64,000 nucleotides of DNA from Phoronis australis (taxonomy: Eukaryota > Animalia > Phoronida), in contig NMRA01000174.1 of assembly GCA_002633005.1 (NCBI GenBank), positions 332,030-396,029 of the forward strand, read 5' to 3'. The position numbers and the translations under genes were made by a program. Positions 1 through 12,719 of this stretch are shown in pieces (position 1 is the stretch's first letter; the number at the start of each line of letters is the position of its first letter). The notes under the pieces were generated by a model, which was not told the DNA's origin, did not search any database, and saw nothing but the letters and a program-made list of their open reading frames with translations.

Positions 1-532
1 TTTTTTGCAAATCTGGCTTGTTTGAGGGCTACCTGAAATCGCGGCCAATTTCTCAGTTGCTACACAGCAATGCACAACTGCAACAGGGGGCCACCATCTT
101 GAAGAAGAGTGCAGCTACAGCCGAGAAACTGGCCTTTTTTCATTCCCAGCATGTTCACAAATACAACAAAAAAACATTCACTTGGCCTACACACAATACC
201 TAATTGAAAAATGCCCCCAAGCCTGGCCTAGCCCTAGATTTTAACATTTTGGGAGTGCAAATTGACCGCGGCCACAACCTAACTATTCCGTGCCACCATA
301 TGTTCATATTGAATTCCCAGAAGAGACGCCATTTTCTGATTAGTGAGCAGAAGTGACTTACACTAGCACCACATGTGAATTGTGACTTCTCAGGTGGTCA
401 ATGTATGTGCATACCTTGTGAGTACGATCACGTATTTTGTCCATTGTTTTGCGGTCCATGTATGGTAGTCTGGTTTGAGTTATGTGTCGATGAATGAACC
501 CTGGCAGTCCACACATTTTGCCTTTGTAAGTT

Positions 533-702
533 TGTTGTGAAACGTGCTTCCGATGAATCGTACATGAGCCTCTGTTAGGCACTCGCTAACAGGCAATTGC
601 CTGTTAGCAATTGCCTGTTAGCTGAATGGTTAGCACACTCGCTGGTTAAATCGGGGTCGCTGGTTCAATTCCCAAGGTTGGGTAATCTCGGCTATTATGA
701 CA
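533..702 (+). mobile_element. Third (solo-like) LTR copy of the same family
   Basis: TGTTG...GACA; aligns by eye with 771-924 and 1088-1238; A-box TAGCTGAATGG, B-box GGTTCAATTCC; perfect 24-nt palindrome at 585-608. Confidence 0.65.
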
Positions 703-770
703 ATTTCTAACAGGTATCAGCTGGGGCTGATAAATTGGCTAGGGCACCTCTGGTCGCATATTGTATCTAA

Positions 771-1238
771 TGTTTAGACATGCTTCCGCTGAATCATATG
801 AGCCTCTGTTAACCACTCGCTAATGGGCAATTGCCTGTTATTCAAAAGGTTAGAACCCTTGCCTGTTTTATCGGGGTGGCTGGTTCAAAGATTCGCTTGT
901 CGGGTAATCTCTGCAGTTACTACAATTGGCGTAGTCTACAAACGGATGATATACAACCGATGAAGCACTGCCAAAGTAAGATCCTCAGATGGCGTGCATG
1001 GTGTAAAATGATGGTAAAAATTCCAGGAGTCGAGGTGCTATATGAGAGGCAACTTTGTGTTCACCTGTGTGTTGGTGTGGGGGAGAATGTTGTAGACATA
1101 ATTCTTCCAGTGAATCGTTTGCACCTCTTTTAGCCACTCGTTAAGGGGCAATTGCCTGTTAGCCAAATGGTTAACACGCCAATTTTATCGAGGTGGCTGG
1201 TTAGATTCCCGGGTCAGGTGGTATCGGCAATTGCAACA
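771..1238 (+). mobile_element. Miniature LTR retroelement (TRIM-like) with tRNA-derived LTRs
   Basis: Direct repeats 771-924 and 1088-1238 with TGT...ACA ends; PBS TGGCGTAGTC at 927-936; purine tract GGGGGAGAA at 1079-1087; CTAA on both flanks (767-770, 1239-1242). Confidence 0.7.
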
Positions 1239-2654
1239 CTAATTTATGGAACCAGTTTCATTCATTGAACAGGAGCCGAGTGTAGGGAGGCCATCTATCA
1301 GTCATTGTCTTCAAATCTTACTAACTCGTATTGGAGAAGTTTAGTAGTATGAACTGCAATTACTGTCTGCCCGAGTCTGAATTGTGTTCTATTCCCCGAG
1401 CAGGCCTTCATCTAGAGCGACACTCTGACTCAATTTTAGACACCCTAACTATGAATCTCTGTTAAGCATTTGGATGCCCAAGGAAAGTAAGCATTTGTGT
1501 TTCCAAGCTCCATAACAGTACATCTTGGATTCCATTGGCCTGTATAGAATAAAAAAGTTTAAGATATATGATGTAAACTTGTCTAAATGATTGTGCTTAC
1601 CGTGCAATGTAGCACATTAGCCCTGTAGTAATGGACATGGATTAGTTTGCGTTTGTGCTACTGCTACTGGTAGCAGTGCCAGGGTTTTCTTTATTCTGTA
1701 TGTATAAATATGTGTACTCACTCAAAATCATAACTATTAGGCTGGTGATGTCATACAGTCCTTACCAATTTAGGGCACAATGTGGCGGGTAAGTAATTTT
1801 TTATTTTTTCGCATTAGAAACTTGGCCCATTTTGCGGCACCTTGACCTTGTCATTACATTTTTACAAAAACCACTAGCGGCAGTGTCACCAACACTTAGT
1901 ATTATGAAGTCTGATTGAAGCTCCTTTTGTGTGGAGCAGAACAATTATCACATCAGCTATGTCTTCATGGTATTAGAATACTGAGTGGGTGAAATAAATT
2001 AATATGTCCTGCACTTAAACCTTTCGAAATTAATATTTTGGCAGAACAAACAAACTCGAGAATATAATATTGACTTCTCGCAAGCTTTCCTGATATTTGA
2101 TTTTGTCATTGGCTACTTCCGCCATCTTCATATCTGCAATTTTAAGGTTGACCAACCCCTGTTGATTCCGAAGCATTTTCCCAGAGTCGACGGTTTCAAG
2201 GTTCTTCTTGGTAATGGACATAAAGTCTTATCAAGGCCAATTCAATTTTTGTTTATTAGCCAGCTAAACAGGATGGAATGTAGCTTTTAGTATCATTTCA
2301 TGTCAGATAGTGTGCTGATAAACTGTTGTCATTCACAACATTGTTAGGAGCCTTTTGATAATGAAAAAGTATCTATTGGCAATTAATTTTGTCAGAAATT
2401 TGTGAAATTTTACAGTAAGGTAGATACAGTGTAATTTTCTATTCCAAAGTATGTGCAATACATACTGCCAGCTGTCCTTGAACCTCAGATACAAACTGCA
2501 TTCTGTGATGTTATTTAAAGATATCTCGAAAGCAATAGTCACCTGTGACCCTAAGTCAGTGTGAGAAAAAACATTCTAGCTTTAATTTCCGTCTCCCATA
2601 TTTAAAGGAGTTCCCAAATCGATGAAGTTTTACCGTTTTTGATGAATATTTCAG

Positions 2655-5600
2655 GAAGATGAAGAACCTTTAGAAGAAGATGAGTTGCCAGAATACAAGA
2701 GAAAACCTCCCAAAATTGACATGTCCAAGATAAACACCAAGGACCCACAGGAGATGCTGAAAATGAGCAAGAAAGGACGATCCCTCATGATGTTTGCTTC
2801 TGTAGCAGGTAAATCATTTGGAAGATTTCAAATGTGATTATAGGGAAATCATAATTAAAAGTTGCCATTTGAACATTTGAATTAAATGTGATAAAGGTCT
2901 GAAAATGGAGATGTTAGGGCTTAACTTCTGAGCGAGAAAGTCGCCCTGGTCACCCATGACCATTGATTTTGAAGTACACAGACTCGAAGTTCAAAGGATT
3001 TCCTGTTACCGTAAGGCTAGTTCACGACGCAAACGTTAAATTGGCGCTCTCTAACGGACATTTATCCGCGTACATAAGTAGGCAGTTTTAAATGGGAGAA
3101 AATGTACATCGAAAAAATACCCCCCAAGATTCCAGGACTAAGAGCAAACTCTCTCCATTTGTTCATGCTTTTCAGACTTTTGCAACATGAACGATTGATA
3201 ATGTTACTTTAATAAAAAATTTGCTACGAGGCATTGTATGCAATGACCGAATGACATGTTGGTGTGCGAAAATAATGCATTGCAAATTTCATAAGGAAAA
3301 ATGCTGTGTCTTGTGTTTTTTTTTTTGTCTAATGTTGGTTATAACTAATTTTGAATGAAATAAAAGGCCTTGGAATTCTTCAAGTTTGTGTGCAGTAGCA
3401 TTATTTACTGCTTTGGTGCTGATTACATGTACTAGATATGGAATTATTTGTACAGCCTGTGCAGTTAAAGATTCTATGTCTCATTAAAACCGTGAATATT
3501 TAAATTTGTATTAAGCACCATCTAGTGACTTCCTGTGGAACTGTGTGTACAAGTGTAATCGGGAAAAGAAACAATTTGTAAACTGCAGTTTTAAAGAAAA
3601 CGCTACAATTGATACACATAAAGACCTTAGTAATTCCAAATATTACGCAATTGTTATTTGATAGTGTAATAAATAAATAATAAAAACTGTGCCTTGTTTC
3701 ATTAGTGTAGCGATGAAATATTAACGTACTCATTTACATAAAAATAGTTTCTCAAAAGAAGACTTTTACGAGTTTGTAATGGTAACTGGTTCTCAGATGG
3801 TTCCCGGCACACTGGAGGACCCGGGGTTGTTTGTAAATTAGTACTTTGCATATTCACAATTTAAGGTTGCCTGTATCTTATCTGGCATGACTGCCAAGGT
3901 CAATCATTGCATAGATTTATGTCAAAGATGTATTTGCTCAAAATAGCTTGAGAGTTCAAAGAATAATGGCTTATATTAATGTAATGCTAGTTGAAGCAGC
4001 TATAACCCGTCCCTCTATTACAAAAACTAAATTTTGATCTTGACTTCTTACTCTTATGAAATTGGTCTCAAATTGTTTATTAGTCAAGATGGAAGTGGTT
4101 TTTGGACTCTGGAATGAACCAACAGTTCATTAGTTCTTGAGACCAGGCTAAACACTCAAGTAATTTTGTCATGACTGGTTCCTTTATGCGTGTCAAACAA
4201 TAACTTATTATAATAAATGAAATTTTTTTCATAGCCAAAAACCATTTCTCACTTGAGAAAAGAATAAGTTGATATCATTTATAATGGTTTGTTGTCTGAA
4301 TCAAAAGTTAGCATGTCTATAATAGCTTAAAGGGGATAGTTGCTTGCTCCTAGGGTACGCGAAATATTCTTCAATTTGGGACACAGATAATTCCTAAATT
4401 GCTGTATTTCTATTTTTCATAGACCTGCCACATTGTTGCATGTGCTTAAGATATTACCAAGTGTTGTTTGGTAATAGCTATGCCACGCAAACCACTCACA
4501 ATGCATAGTAAATTTTCCTGAAAAGTTATTTTTGTTGACAATACAAAATTTCACTTGTCCGCCATAGTGTGTACAAAACTGAACAAATTTTATAGTATGC
4601 TAGCAGGAACTAGACATTAATGTTACTTCAATATATCCTGTGCTAACCATCCAGCAGTTGAGGCCATAGATAATTTTAAAGTTGAAAGCAAAAAATTCTG
4701 CAAGTGGATGGTCTTTGCACGTATGATGACGTCGCGAGGTCACGTAATCCGCATCATACTGTGTTGTTCCCGAGCTCCAGGTAACGGTATTTGCTGGACA
4801 CATGTCGGTGATTTGCGGCTGATTATTTTCACCACATAATTTGTTATTAAAAACATTTAGCAATCTACATCCCTCTCAGTATTCACATTCTTACTATATG
4901 TTGTATTTTTAACTTATTTGGCTCAGTACCAACAAGTAGGTGATTGGCATTCAAATTCCACTTTAATTTGTTGTCACTCCAGGTAATCCCACTGAGAAAG
5001 AGACTGAGAAGATCACTGCTCTTTGGCATTCTAGTCTGTTTAACGCCAACATTGAAACAACAAGGTAATCTCACAGCTCAGACAAGGGTAACAGCTGGCA
5101 TGATAGTTTGATTGTTGAGTTTTACACATTTAAAGACCTTGGTCTACCGATTTATCTGTATCTGAGATGTGATTTGTGAGTTTTACTCAACTAAAAGGCC
5201 TATTTTATCAATATATCTACATTTGAGATGACAGTCCAAAATCTAACACAAGAAGTGCTTTATAGTGTTGTTTATCTAAAAGTGGGTGTTGTATTTGTTA
5301 CCATTGCAGACATGTGGTTGGAAGTAACCGAGTCCTGTTTTATCTCAAAGATGGCGCACAGGCATGGGACATCAAGGATTTCTTAGTTAAGCAGGAAAAT
5401 TGTGACCACGTGACCATTGATGGGCAGACCTATCCAGGAAAGGGTTCAAAAGTATATTTTGATGTTGGAGAAAGTTTATTAATCAGTCACTTGCCGCCAT
5501 CTGCATGGTTGGTAACTCAGTTTTCTGTTTCGTGAGCAGGTGAATCTCCTAACCCCTGTACGGGGAGGGTACTCAGTTGACTCGAGCTGTGCAGGATCGA

Positions 5601-6495
5601 ATCCACAAGCTTTCGGTTGGGAGCGCACCACATTCCACTGAGCCGTATAATGTATTTTGCACTTACATTGAATTTGCTGTGTAAAAACCATATATTTGTT
5701 GAGCTTTTTTGTACAGTTTCTTTAAATGCTGCATAAAAAACTAAGGTGAACATGAAGATTATGTGTAACATCGAATTAAATTGTTTGTACTTCGGAAAAC
5801 ATTGCCATTTTGAGACCCTATTTTATTTTCTCATAAGTCTCACCCTGTGGTTTTCTAATTGACGTCAAAGGAATTGGATATGGATTATGGCTTGTAAAAA
5901 TAGTGCAGGTGATCTGATATACTTTGCATCAGACGTGTTCGGACAAGCTAATTACACCAAACACCTGAAACCATTTTCATTTATTAGTATACAGTAGACA
6001 TGTAGCACATATAAACATGTATACATTCAAATTAAGACCTAGCTGAGAAACTAGATACCTGACTCAAGGGTGTAGCAGTCCGGTGGTCTTGTGAACAGGA
6101 GTGGACTCTCAACCCGCTAGGCCTTACTCTCCTCTTTGTGGCTAGTAACCTAGTGTTTGTATTTTTAGACACAAACGCTCCATAAATCTTCTCGAGTGAC
6201 GGTGATTTTATTTTGGCATATTTTTTTTAAATCCATCCAATTGTTTAAAAACATTTCAATTCTTACTCTGCTGCCTTGTAAAAAGACCCTTATAGTTTCA
6301 TTTAGTGTGTTATAATGTTGTCTGCTTGCCAAACTTTGACCAGGTTGTTTTGATAAATTTGTGAAATCATTGCTTCAGGATCCTAATGCCAAACCATACC
6401 CTGCTGGATCGAAATCTGATAAGCCAAAGAAAGAAAAAGAACAGAAGAAATCTAAGAAATCATCAAAAAAGTCCAAGAAGAAAGAGGAGTTATGA
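2655..6495 (+). CDS. MESD: LRP chaperone MESD (boca), 5'-partial; exons 2655-2808, 4983-5064, 5310-5451, 6379-6495
   Basis: Spliced translation EDEEPLEEDELPEYKRKPPKIDMSKINTKDPQEMLKMSKKGRSLMMFASVAG/NPTEKETEKITALWHSSLFNANIETTR/HVVGSNRVLFYLKDGAQAWDIKDFLVKQENCDHVTIDGQTYPGKGSK/DPNAKPYPAGSK...KKKEEL* matches MESD family motifs and ends in an ER-retention signal. All introns are GT-AG and phase-consistent. N-terminal exon(s) not found in the window. Confidence 0.93.
5547..5646 (-). mobile_element. tRNA-derived SINE fragment
   Basis: Minus-strand A-box GGCTCAGTGG and B-box GGATTCGATCC at tRNA spacing, followed by a SINE-like body GTCAACTGAGTACC. Confidence 0.6.
6037..6123 (-). mobile_element. Degraded copy of the SINE at 24101-24210
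   Basis: ACCTAGCTGA..ACTAGA..CCTG.CTCAAGGGT.TAGCAGT shared; B-box region lost. Confidence 0.5.
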
Positions 6496-8481
6496 GATGC
6501 GTGATTGTTAAGTTTGCTGTCTGGAATTTGAATTTGTTACTTTAAAGTTGTTTTATATTTGTTTTTATTGAAGTTCTGCATGCTCTCATTTCTGATGTAC
6601 TTATTAAACGACACGGTTGAAGTTCCCCTGGTGGCACTAGAGAAGCAATGGTCAAGTTCGTAAATGCATGCATTCAGGCAATGAAGGTGGACTCTTTCAT
6701 CGGATGTGAGTGAACACATTTCTGTTAATTCTCAAGATATTCAAATAACATGAAGGTAAAATTTTCTTCGTTAGCGCCACCTATTGAACATCAGTTCTCC
6801 TATTGTACATCTCATATTTTTCAACGAATTGTGACCTTTATTTTCTACCATGCTGATCTTAGTTTTGTTCACTGACCCTGTTATTGAGAAGAGTCAGTGT
6901 GTTAATGATAATGTTAATGTTATTGTACAAAGTTAACCTTCAGAGTTTGCAGCCTTTGTATAAATTACATATAAAGGGATTGTGGTGTTAATTCACTTCA
7001 TTTCAACAGTATTGTGCGTAATTAATGAGACTTGACTCGTTTCTGTTTGGTTAATATTCCATTGTCATTTTGCGGTAACTTCTCTACTCCTAGAGCACAC
7101 ATATCTAATCACACTTTCAGAATCATTTTTGCTCTCCTTCATATGTAGTTTAAGTTGCTGGATTGGACTTTGGCGTGTGAGACGGCTAAAACTCAATGTA
7201 AACCTGATTTTTTTGTATTTTATACATCAAATCGAATCATGAACTTCGAAATTTGTACAAAATATCCACAAAACCGCACGTCCTTGCATTCTCTGAAAGT
7301 AGTCACGAAAAATTTGATTGGGGTCACTGAAAAAGTCTGATCTTTGATTTTTGTTAGAGAATGGAAGTACATGGTCTTCGGAGATTGTTGTTCTCGGTTA
7401 AAAAATCGTGATTTGTTTAGATGTGTTAAATACAAATTAGTTGATTGAATTTTATATTGAAGCCAATGATCTTTGTATACTTAAACTTAATGTTGGTCAT
7501 TAATGACTTCCCTCTCATTTAGTTTTGTTTTTTTACTTGAAACCTACCATAAATCTGCATTCTGTTGAAAAACTTAACTTTTGATTTAAACCACATAGCG
7601 TTAACAACTAGCCTCAACTTCCTTGCTCAGATTGACAGGCCTACTGATTTTTGGCTTGGGAAGAACTTTTAACTTTGTTGGTTCTTGAGACCACACTAAA
7701 CTTACGTTATGTAAGTTTTTGGACTGAAGACTGGTTCATAGCACATTTAAGTTTACAAATTATTTGCTAGGGATAGTTTTTTGTCTTTATTTTCCACTTC
7801 ACCGTTCAACAACGTATTCCATTTGTTTCTGTTACACATGACTGTTTTTTTTTTGGGACAAAGACATTGTTTGGTATTTTGTGCCATATTTTATAATGTA
7901 AGTCCGATATTGTATTTCTGAAAAGCACAGTGTCAAAATTGTTTTCATAAGCAAAAACGCCCTTCTCTCTGGTTGTTCCTTTGTTCCTCTTTTGTCTCAC
8001 TGGATGTAGTGCCCTCTTTTGAAGAGATCGATCAGAATTAATGAATATTAACTGGTTCGTTAAATAGCAAGAGGCTTTTACAACTAAAAACCATATATTG
8101 TCTTAAAATTCTTGATGCCTGTTTTTGAAGCAATGTGGTATTAATGTTTTAAAGGTTGGGCAGGTTCAGTCTGTATAAAGCAATATGTCAGAAATGCCCA
8201 AGTTGTTTTGATATTGATATTATTAGTTGATGTTGAATGGTGTACTTGTTGAAAACTCATGAAGTTGTAATCTCAGACTTTGACACTGGCAAGATCAAGC
8301 CTGTAGCCAGGGGAGATGTGAATGATGTGACCTGCCCTCTGTAGTTTTTGTCGTGAAATATACACAACCTTGTCTCTGTGTGAAATGTCCCATCTTAAGA
8401 CAAGGCCTGTGTTAAGGGTGAGAATTGGCGATGACCCTCTCCATCTTCAACAGTTGAGTGCAGGCTTGTTTGTGTGTGTTT

Positions 8482-8487
8482 AATAAA
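8482..8487 (+). terminator. Candidate polyadenylation signal (AATAAA) for MESD, implying a ~2 kb 3' UTR
   Basis: Canonical hexamer downstream of the MESD stop; no transcript evidence. Confidence 0.35.
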
Positions 8488-8649
8488 TATGTTTCCAACA
8501 TTATTTAGTATATAAAATACCAGTAAGTGTAAATCAATGCTTTTTCTCAGTGCTTATTTTACAAGTAAAGGATAGCTCTCACTGTTGCATTTTTTATGAT
8601 TGCTGTTAACACAGTAAAAGAAGTTGCAATCTCGAAACATCTAACATCT

Positions 8650-8898
8650 CATGCGTGCACCCAGGGGGAGGGGGAGGGGGGCTCGAATGAGCCCCCATTT
8701 TGCGAAGTGGGCAAAAAGGTCCACCCCTCAGAAACAAAAAGTCCGGGAAAATGGGACAGAAGTCCACTAAATAAGCGCAAACGCGCAGTTCACCATTTTT
8801 AGATTTTTTTTTAGTCCGATCGCTCTTTTGTCAGCAAAATGTCCACAACGTCAGGAATTCGAGCCCCCCCCCCATATTGGAGGCTGGGTGCGCGCATG
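8650..8898. mobile_element. MITE with 15-bp TIR and 5-bp TSD
   Basis: CATGCGTGCACCCAG ... CTGGGTGCGCGCATG, flanked by CATCT on both sides. Confidence 0.8.
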
Positions 8899-9079
8899 CA
8901 TCTGTTTACAGTAATGCTGGTGAGGTGTTACAATACAGGTGTTTTCAAATGAATAGTGATAATTTTATGCTGTTGATATCATAAACAAATTTCTATTGTA
9001 TAAAACACTTTGTATGCATTCTTGAGTCTAGCTTCTAAAATAGTTCACCATGTTTGAAGGTATAGAATGTTAAAAAAAT

Positions 9080-10800
9080 AAACAAGAGTAATGCGAAATC
9101 TTGAAATAAGCCCATGACTACATCACAAATCCTTCTAGGGGTGTTGATTAGTGTCATAAAGGCCATTGTGGGGAGTATTGCCACATGGAGCCGTCTGCAA
9201 CAAGGCAAGTACGGTCATCTCCGTGTAAGAAACATATTTGCCAAATTCCATGAACATCCAGCAAGTAGCTTTGTAGATTTAGAGCTATACACAAACGAAA
9301 AACTTTGCCACCTGTGAAACGTCGCAGTTGTTGAACTTGTCACAAAATCATTGCCAGCGCGCTCTTCCCAACTGGCTATAGAATATTGAGGCAAAGGCAA
9401 AAACAGATTTGTCATTCGAAAGTGCCTCAGTAGTTCGACCTGTCCAAAAATCAACGCCAGTCGTACTTTTCTCAATTGGAACACATCTGCAATTTCGTAT
9501 GATGTTTCGAACCCTTTGGCGGATAGAACGACGGGCGCCAAAGTGCAGACTAGGTAGAATCCGTATGAAATTAAGGAGTCATCTCCAATGGAAACCTGTT
9601 TGACGAATTGTCTGGAAATCCATTGGTAACTGGGTCGACATATACAAGACATACCGACTTAAAAAACACTAAAATTGTCTCTGTGGGTACAGCGGTTGTC
9701 GAATTCATACGAAAATTCGTTTTTGCCGTCCTGTTGGAACATGTCTGCAAAATGTCATGAAACATCCGTCAAAAGGTTTTGGAGGACGGAGATGACAAAA
9801 TGCGCCCACATGTCAACATGCTTGTGCTCGCGATCATGTGCATTGTGTGCGCAATATCCATAAATGTGACATTTATGGACAAATGAACAGGTAGCAGGAA
9901 TGGACAAATGAATGTATTGCGGCGATTGAATCAAACCAGCGAGGTGCTTCTCGGTGGATTACCCGCGCATTTGTCTCGGACCCGGAAGAGATAACCATTG
10001 GCAAAGTTTTCCTGATCTGATTTGGTCCGCCAATTCTCATTCTATTTGCCGAAAACTGAGTCCGTAGATTGTCGAACTATCTCAAAATAGGGTATACGGT
10101 AAAATGAAGGGTATTGTATGACACTCTCTCGAATAGCAGGAACGGCACATTGAAATAGTTAGATAAACAGGTGAGTTGTTGGCAGGCTCGCTACATACAC
10201 TGAACGGGTGGGCTTAATTGCAAAGGACACTGGACATAGTAATCTATGCACCGCGGAACTGTAGACTGAATCGGTTGGCGGAGTAAAATTGGTGAAATAT
10301 TAGTGGAGAAGCCTGATCAGTCTGAGGAACAGAAACGAAATTCATTTCTGAGATATCTGATTTTTTTGAAATTCGCCAAATTTGGACATTTTTAACGTCC
10401 TGTATAAACTAATATGGAAACTGAAAGAGCTTCCATTCTATCCAACGCCGTCAACATCATTTTTGAACAAGCAAGGCTGAAAAATGGTTTGCCATAACAC
10501 GAAATCACACGTAATGGAATGTGGAGTGCACAGTTTGAGCCAACTCACGTTGGGGGAGGGGGTGCGGTTTAGGTAGACATCGTTTTAAATAACTAAGTAT
10601 CTTTGCTTGAGTTTCAAAATATTACAGGAACAAAATGTTAGATACTTACTACGCAATAACTTGAGCTGTTTTTCCTGCAACCATAAACACGAGGCACTAT
10701 TACACAGAAACACTGCTAATTTTTTTCACACCGCGACGCAGGCACACACACAAACACAGATGTAGTTACTATTATCAGGAAGAGATAACCTCTCTTCCTG
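9080..10800 (+). mobile_element. Degraded Helentron/HINE (DINE-1/pearl-like) repeat region
   Basis: Starts AACAAGAG; has AAATT(T/C)CATGAA.ATCC core units (about 9245, 9755); ends with a CA microsatellite and a 10-bp hairpin CAGGAAGAGA-TAACC-TCTCTTCCTG (10776-10800). Boundaries uncertain; may be several elements. Confidence 0.4.
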
Positions 10801-11142
10801 CTATTATGCACAATTATCAATCTGCTTATCTTTGTATATATGAAGCACTCCTTTTTATTTTTAGTAAGGTGTCAGGTAAATTTATATATTTGTTTATTAA
10901 TCGAAGTTCTTAATTCTTTAATTTCTTATGCCAGTCTTCTAGTCGAATGTCAAATGTATGAATAGTAAATAATTACTGTCCAATTTGTTTCCATTCCTTA
11001 CTTGTTTCATGTTGTATTCTATCGTGTTGTGCAGTGGTCCTTATTGAAACGGCTTTTGCCTTCGGGGACCTGCGGCTTGTCTACATATATCCAGATGTGT
11101 TTTTTGATTACATTTAACTAATTTTTATATAAATTATCTATC

Positions 11143-11300
11143 CAGTAGCGGATTTATAGGTGGGCCAGGGGGGCATAGCCCCCTAAAATTCTCCCAGATT
11201 CCATTGGGTAGTTCAGGAGTGCCAATGTCTGACGGGCGAAATCTTGGCTAACAATACTCTGCCCTGGTCCCCCTAACTCAAAACCCTGGATCCGCATCTG
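11143..11300. mobile_element. MITE with imperfect CAG...CTG TIR and 5-bp TSD
   Basis: CAGTAGCGGAT ... ATCCGCATCTG, flanked by CTATC on both sides. Confidence 0.7.
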
Positions 11301-12719
11301 CTATCTATCTATCTTTGGCAAGACGGATAAAAGGTCATGCCCAAATGTGCATATTTATAGATTTTTCGAAAAATTTGGAGTTCGTCATTTAATAATCGTA
11401 ACAAAATGGAAATATACACTGAGACAAATGCTTCAATAAGTCAACCAAGGCCCAGTATTCATATTCACGACACATATCACAGTCCGTCTATGCGCTAAGA
11501 TTCTAGCGTTGGAGTTACATTTCGCCCTGTTTACTGGCTAAAAAAACAAAAATTGAATTAGATTTTTTACTCTCATAAAATTGGTTTCATAACATTGCTT
11601 ACTGTGTCAGAATTATGTTTCCGCTACCAACAACGAGAATGTATCAGCGGGACTCAAGAAAATGTTAATCAGAGTTTATTGGGGTTCATTAGCCAAGTTA
11701 CACTAAAGTTAATGCAGATCCGAAAATAATGAATATATATTAGGCACTGCCCGTGATTTGAGTTGCCTGGTCGTTCGATAATAATTTAAGATCGGGTGAG
11801 TGGAAATGTTTTTAAACTCCAAAACACTTCGGTTAAGAATTTAGCATTGGCAGCTAAACAGAGGTGCGAAATGCAGTGTTAGCAATTAGCAAATTTCAAG
11901 CTTTGTTTACTCAGAAGGCTAGCATTACAACATTGAAATTTGCCAACACAAAACCCGGCACTTGAGTTCTAATTATCCTACCAAATAAATATCCATTATT
12001 GAAAATCGGCGTTTTCAAACAAAAAATAGACCTTCGGGTCAATTTTTCTATTCGCTCTTCTAATACTGTGTCATGTTACCTTAAAATAACGCCGCCTGGA
12101 AACAAACCAGAGTTCTGTGTCATCCACTAATACACACTGAAATCGGACACAGATTTGGTCTCTTCGAAAACTTTATAATAACTCACCTCTCACAAGTCGT
12201 TCCATTTAGTACGCCTATGATTCAGAAACGCTCTGATTAGAAGTTGTTTCAATGAGTTTACTGACAAAACCCTCATGCCAACGGTACCCCCAGGATCGCT
12301 GGTAACAGGGCATGTGAAGTTTCTTCCCGTAAAACCATCTGGAGAAATTTACTGACAATGGTTTGGAATTCACAGATTGTCTTTAATTAAGTGTGCACTT
12401 TAAAAATAAGGTTTAATTTTAATGTATTTGATATTCATACGTTCCTCGTAGCCGGTCAACATTAATTGGAATCGGCCGCCGGGTCTGCAGTCATTTGGGA
12501 CCCTCTCGGAACCCTAGATTAAGTTAGTTCGAAGGATAGCGGTCAGGTTACTTACGTCTGTTACTGGGATATGTTAATGGTATTGTTGAGACCTTTTCTA
12601 GTAGTAATCCTGTTGAGAAAAATCGTTCCTGCCTCCTTGTCGGCGCTGGGTTCCCTTCGTCATCCACAGTGACCGTGACAGCCGTGTCTCCGTCGCCCAG
12701 CGAGTTTCTCCGGCCTTCT

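Noticed and set aside
613-685. tRNA-like sequences here and at 5594-5646, 19270-19330, 24140-24210 and 49390-49420 as real tRNA genes
   Set aside because: Acceptor and anticodon stems do not pair properly, and all are embedded in repeats.
9215-9863. Overlapping 60-145 aa ORFs
   Set aside because: No recognisable domain or splice context; inside degraded repeat sequence.
10161-10180. Isolated strong donor CAG|GTGAGT on the plus strand
   Set aside because: No convincing partner exon or reading frame; an alternative SIN3 first exon is not excluded but is unsupported.
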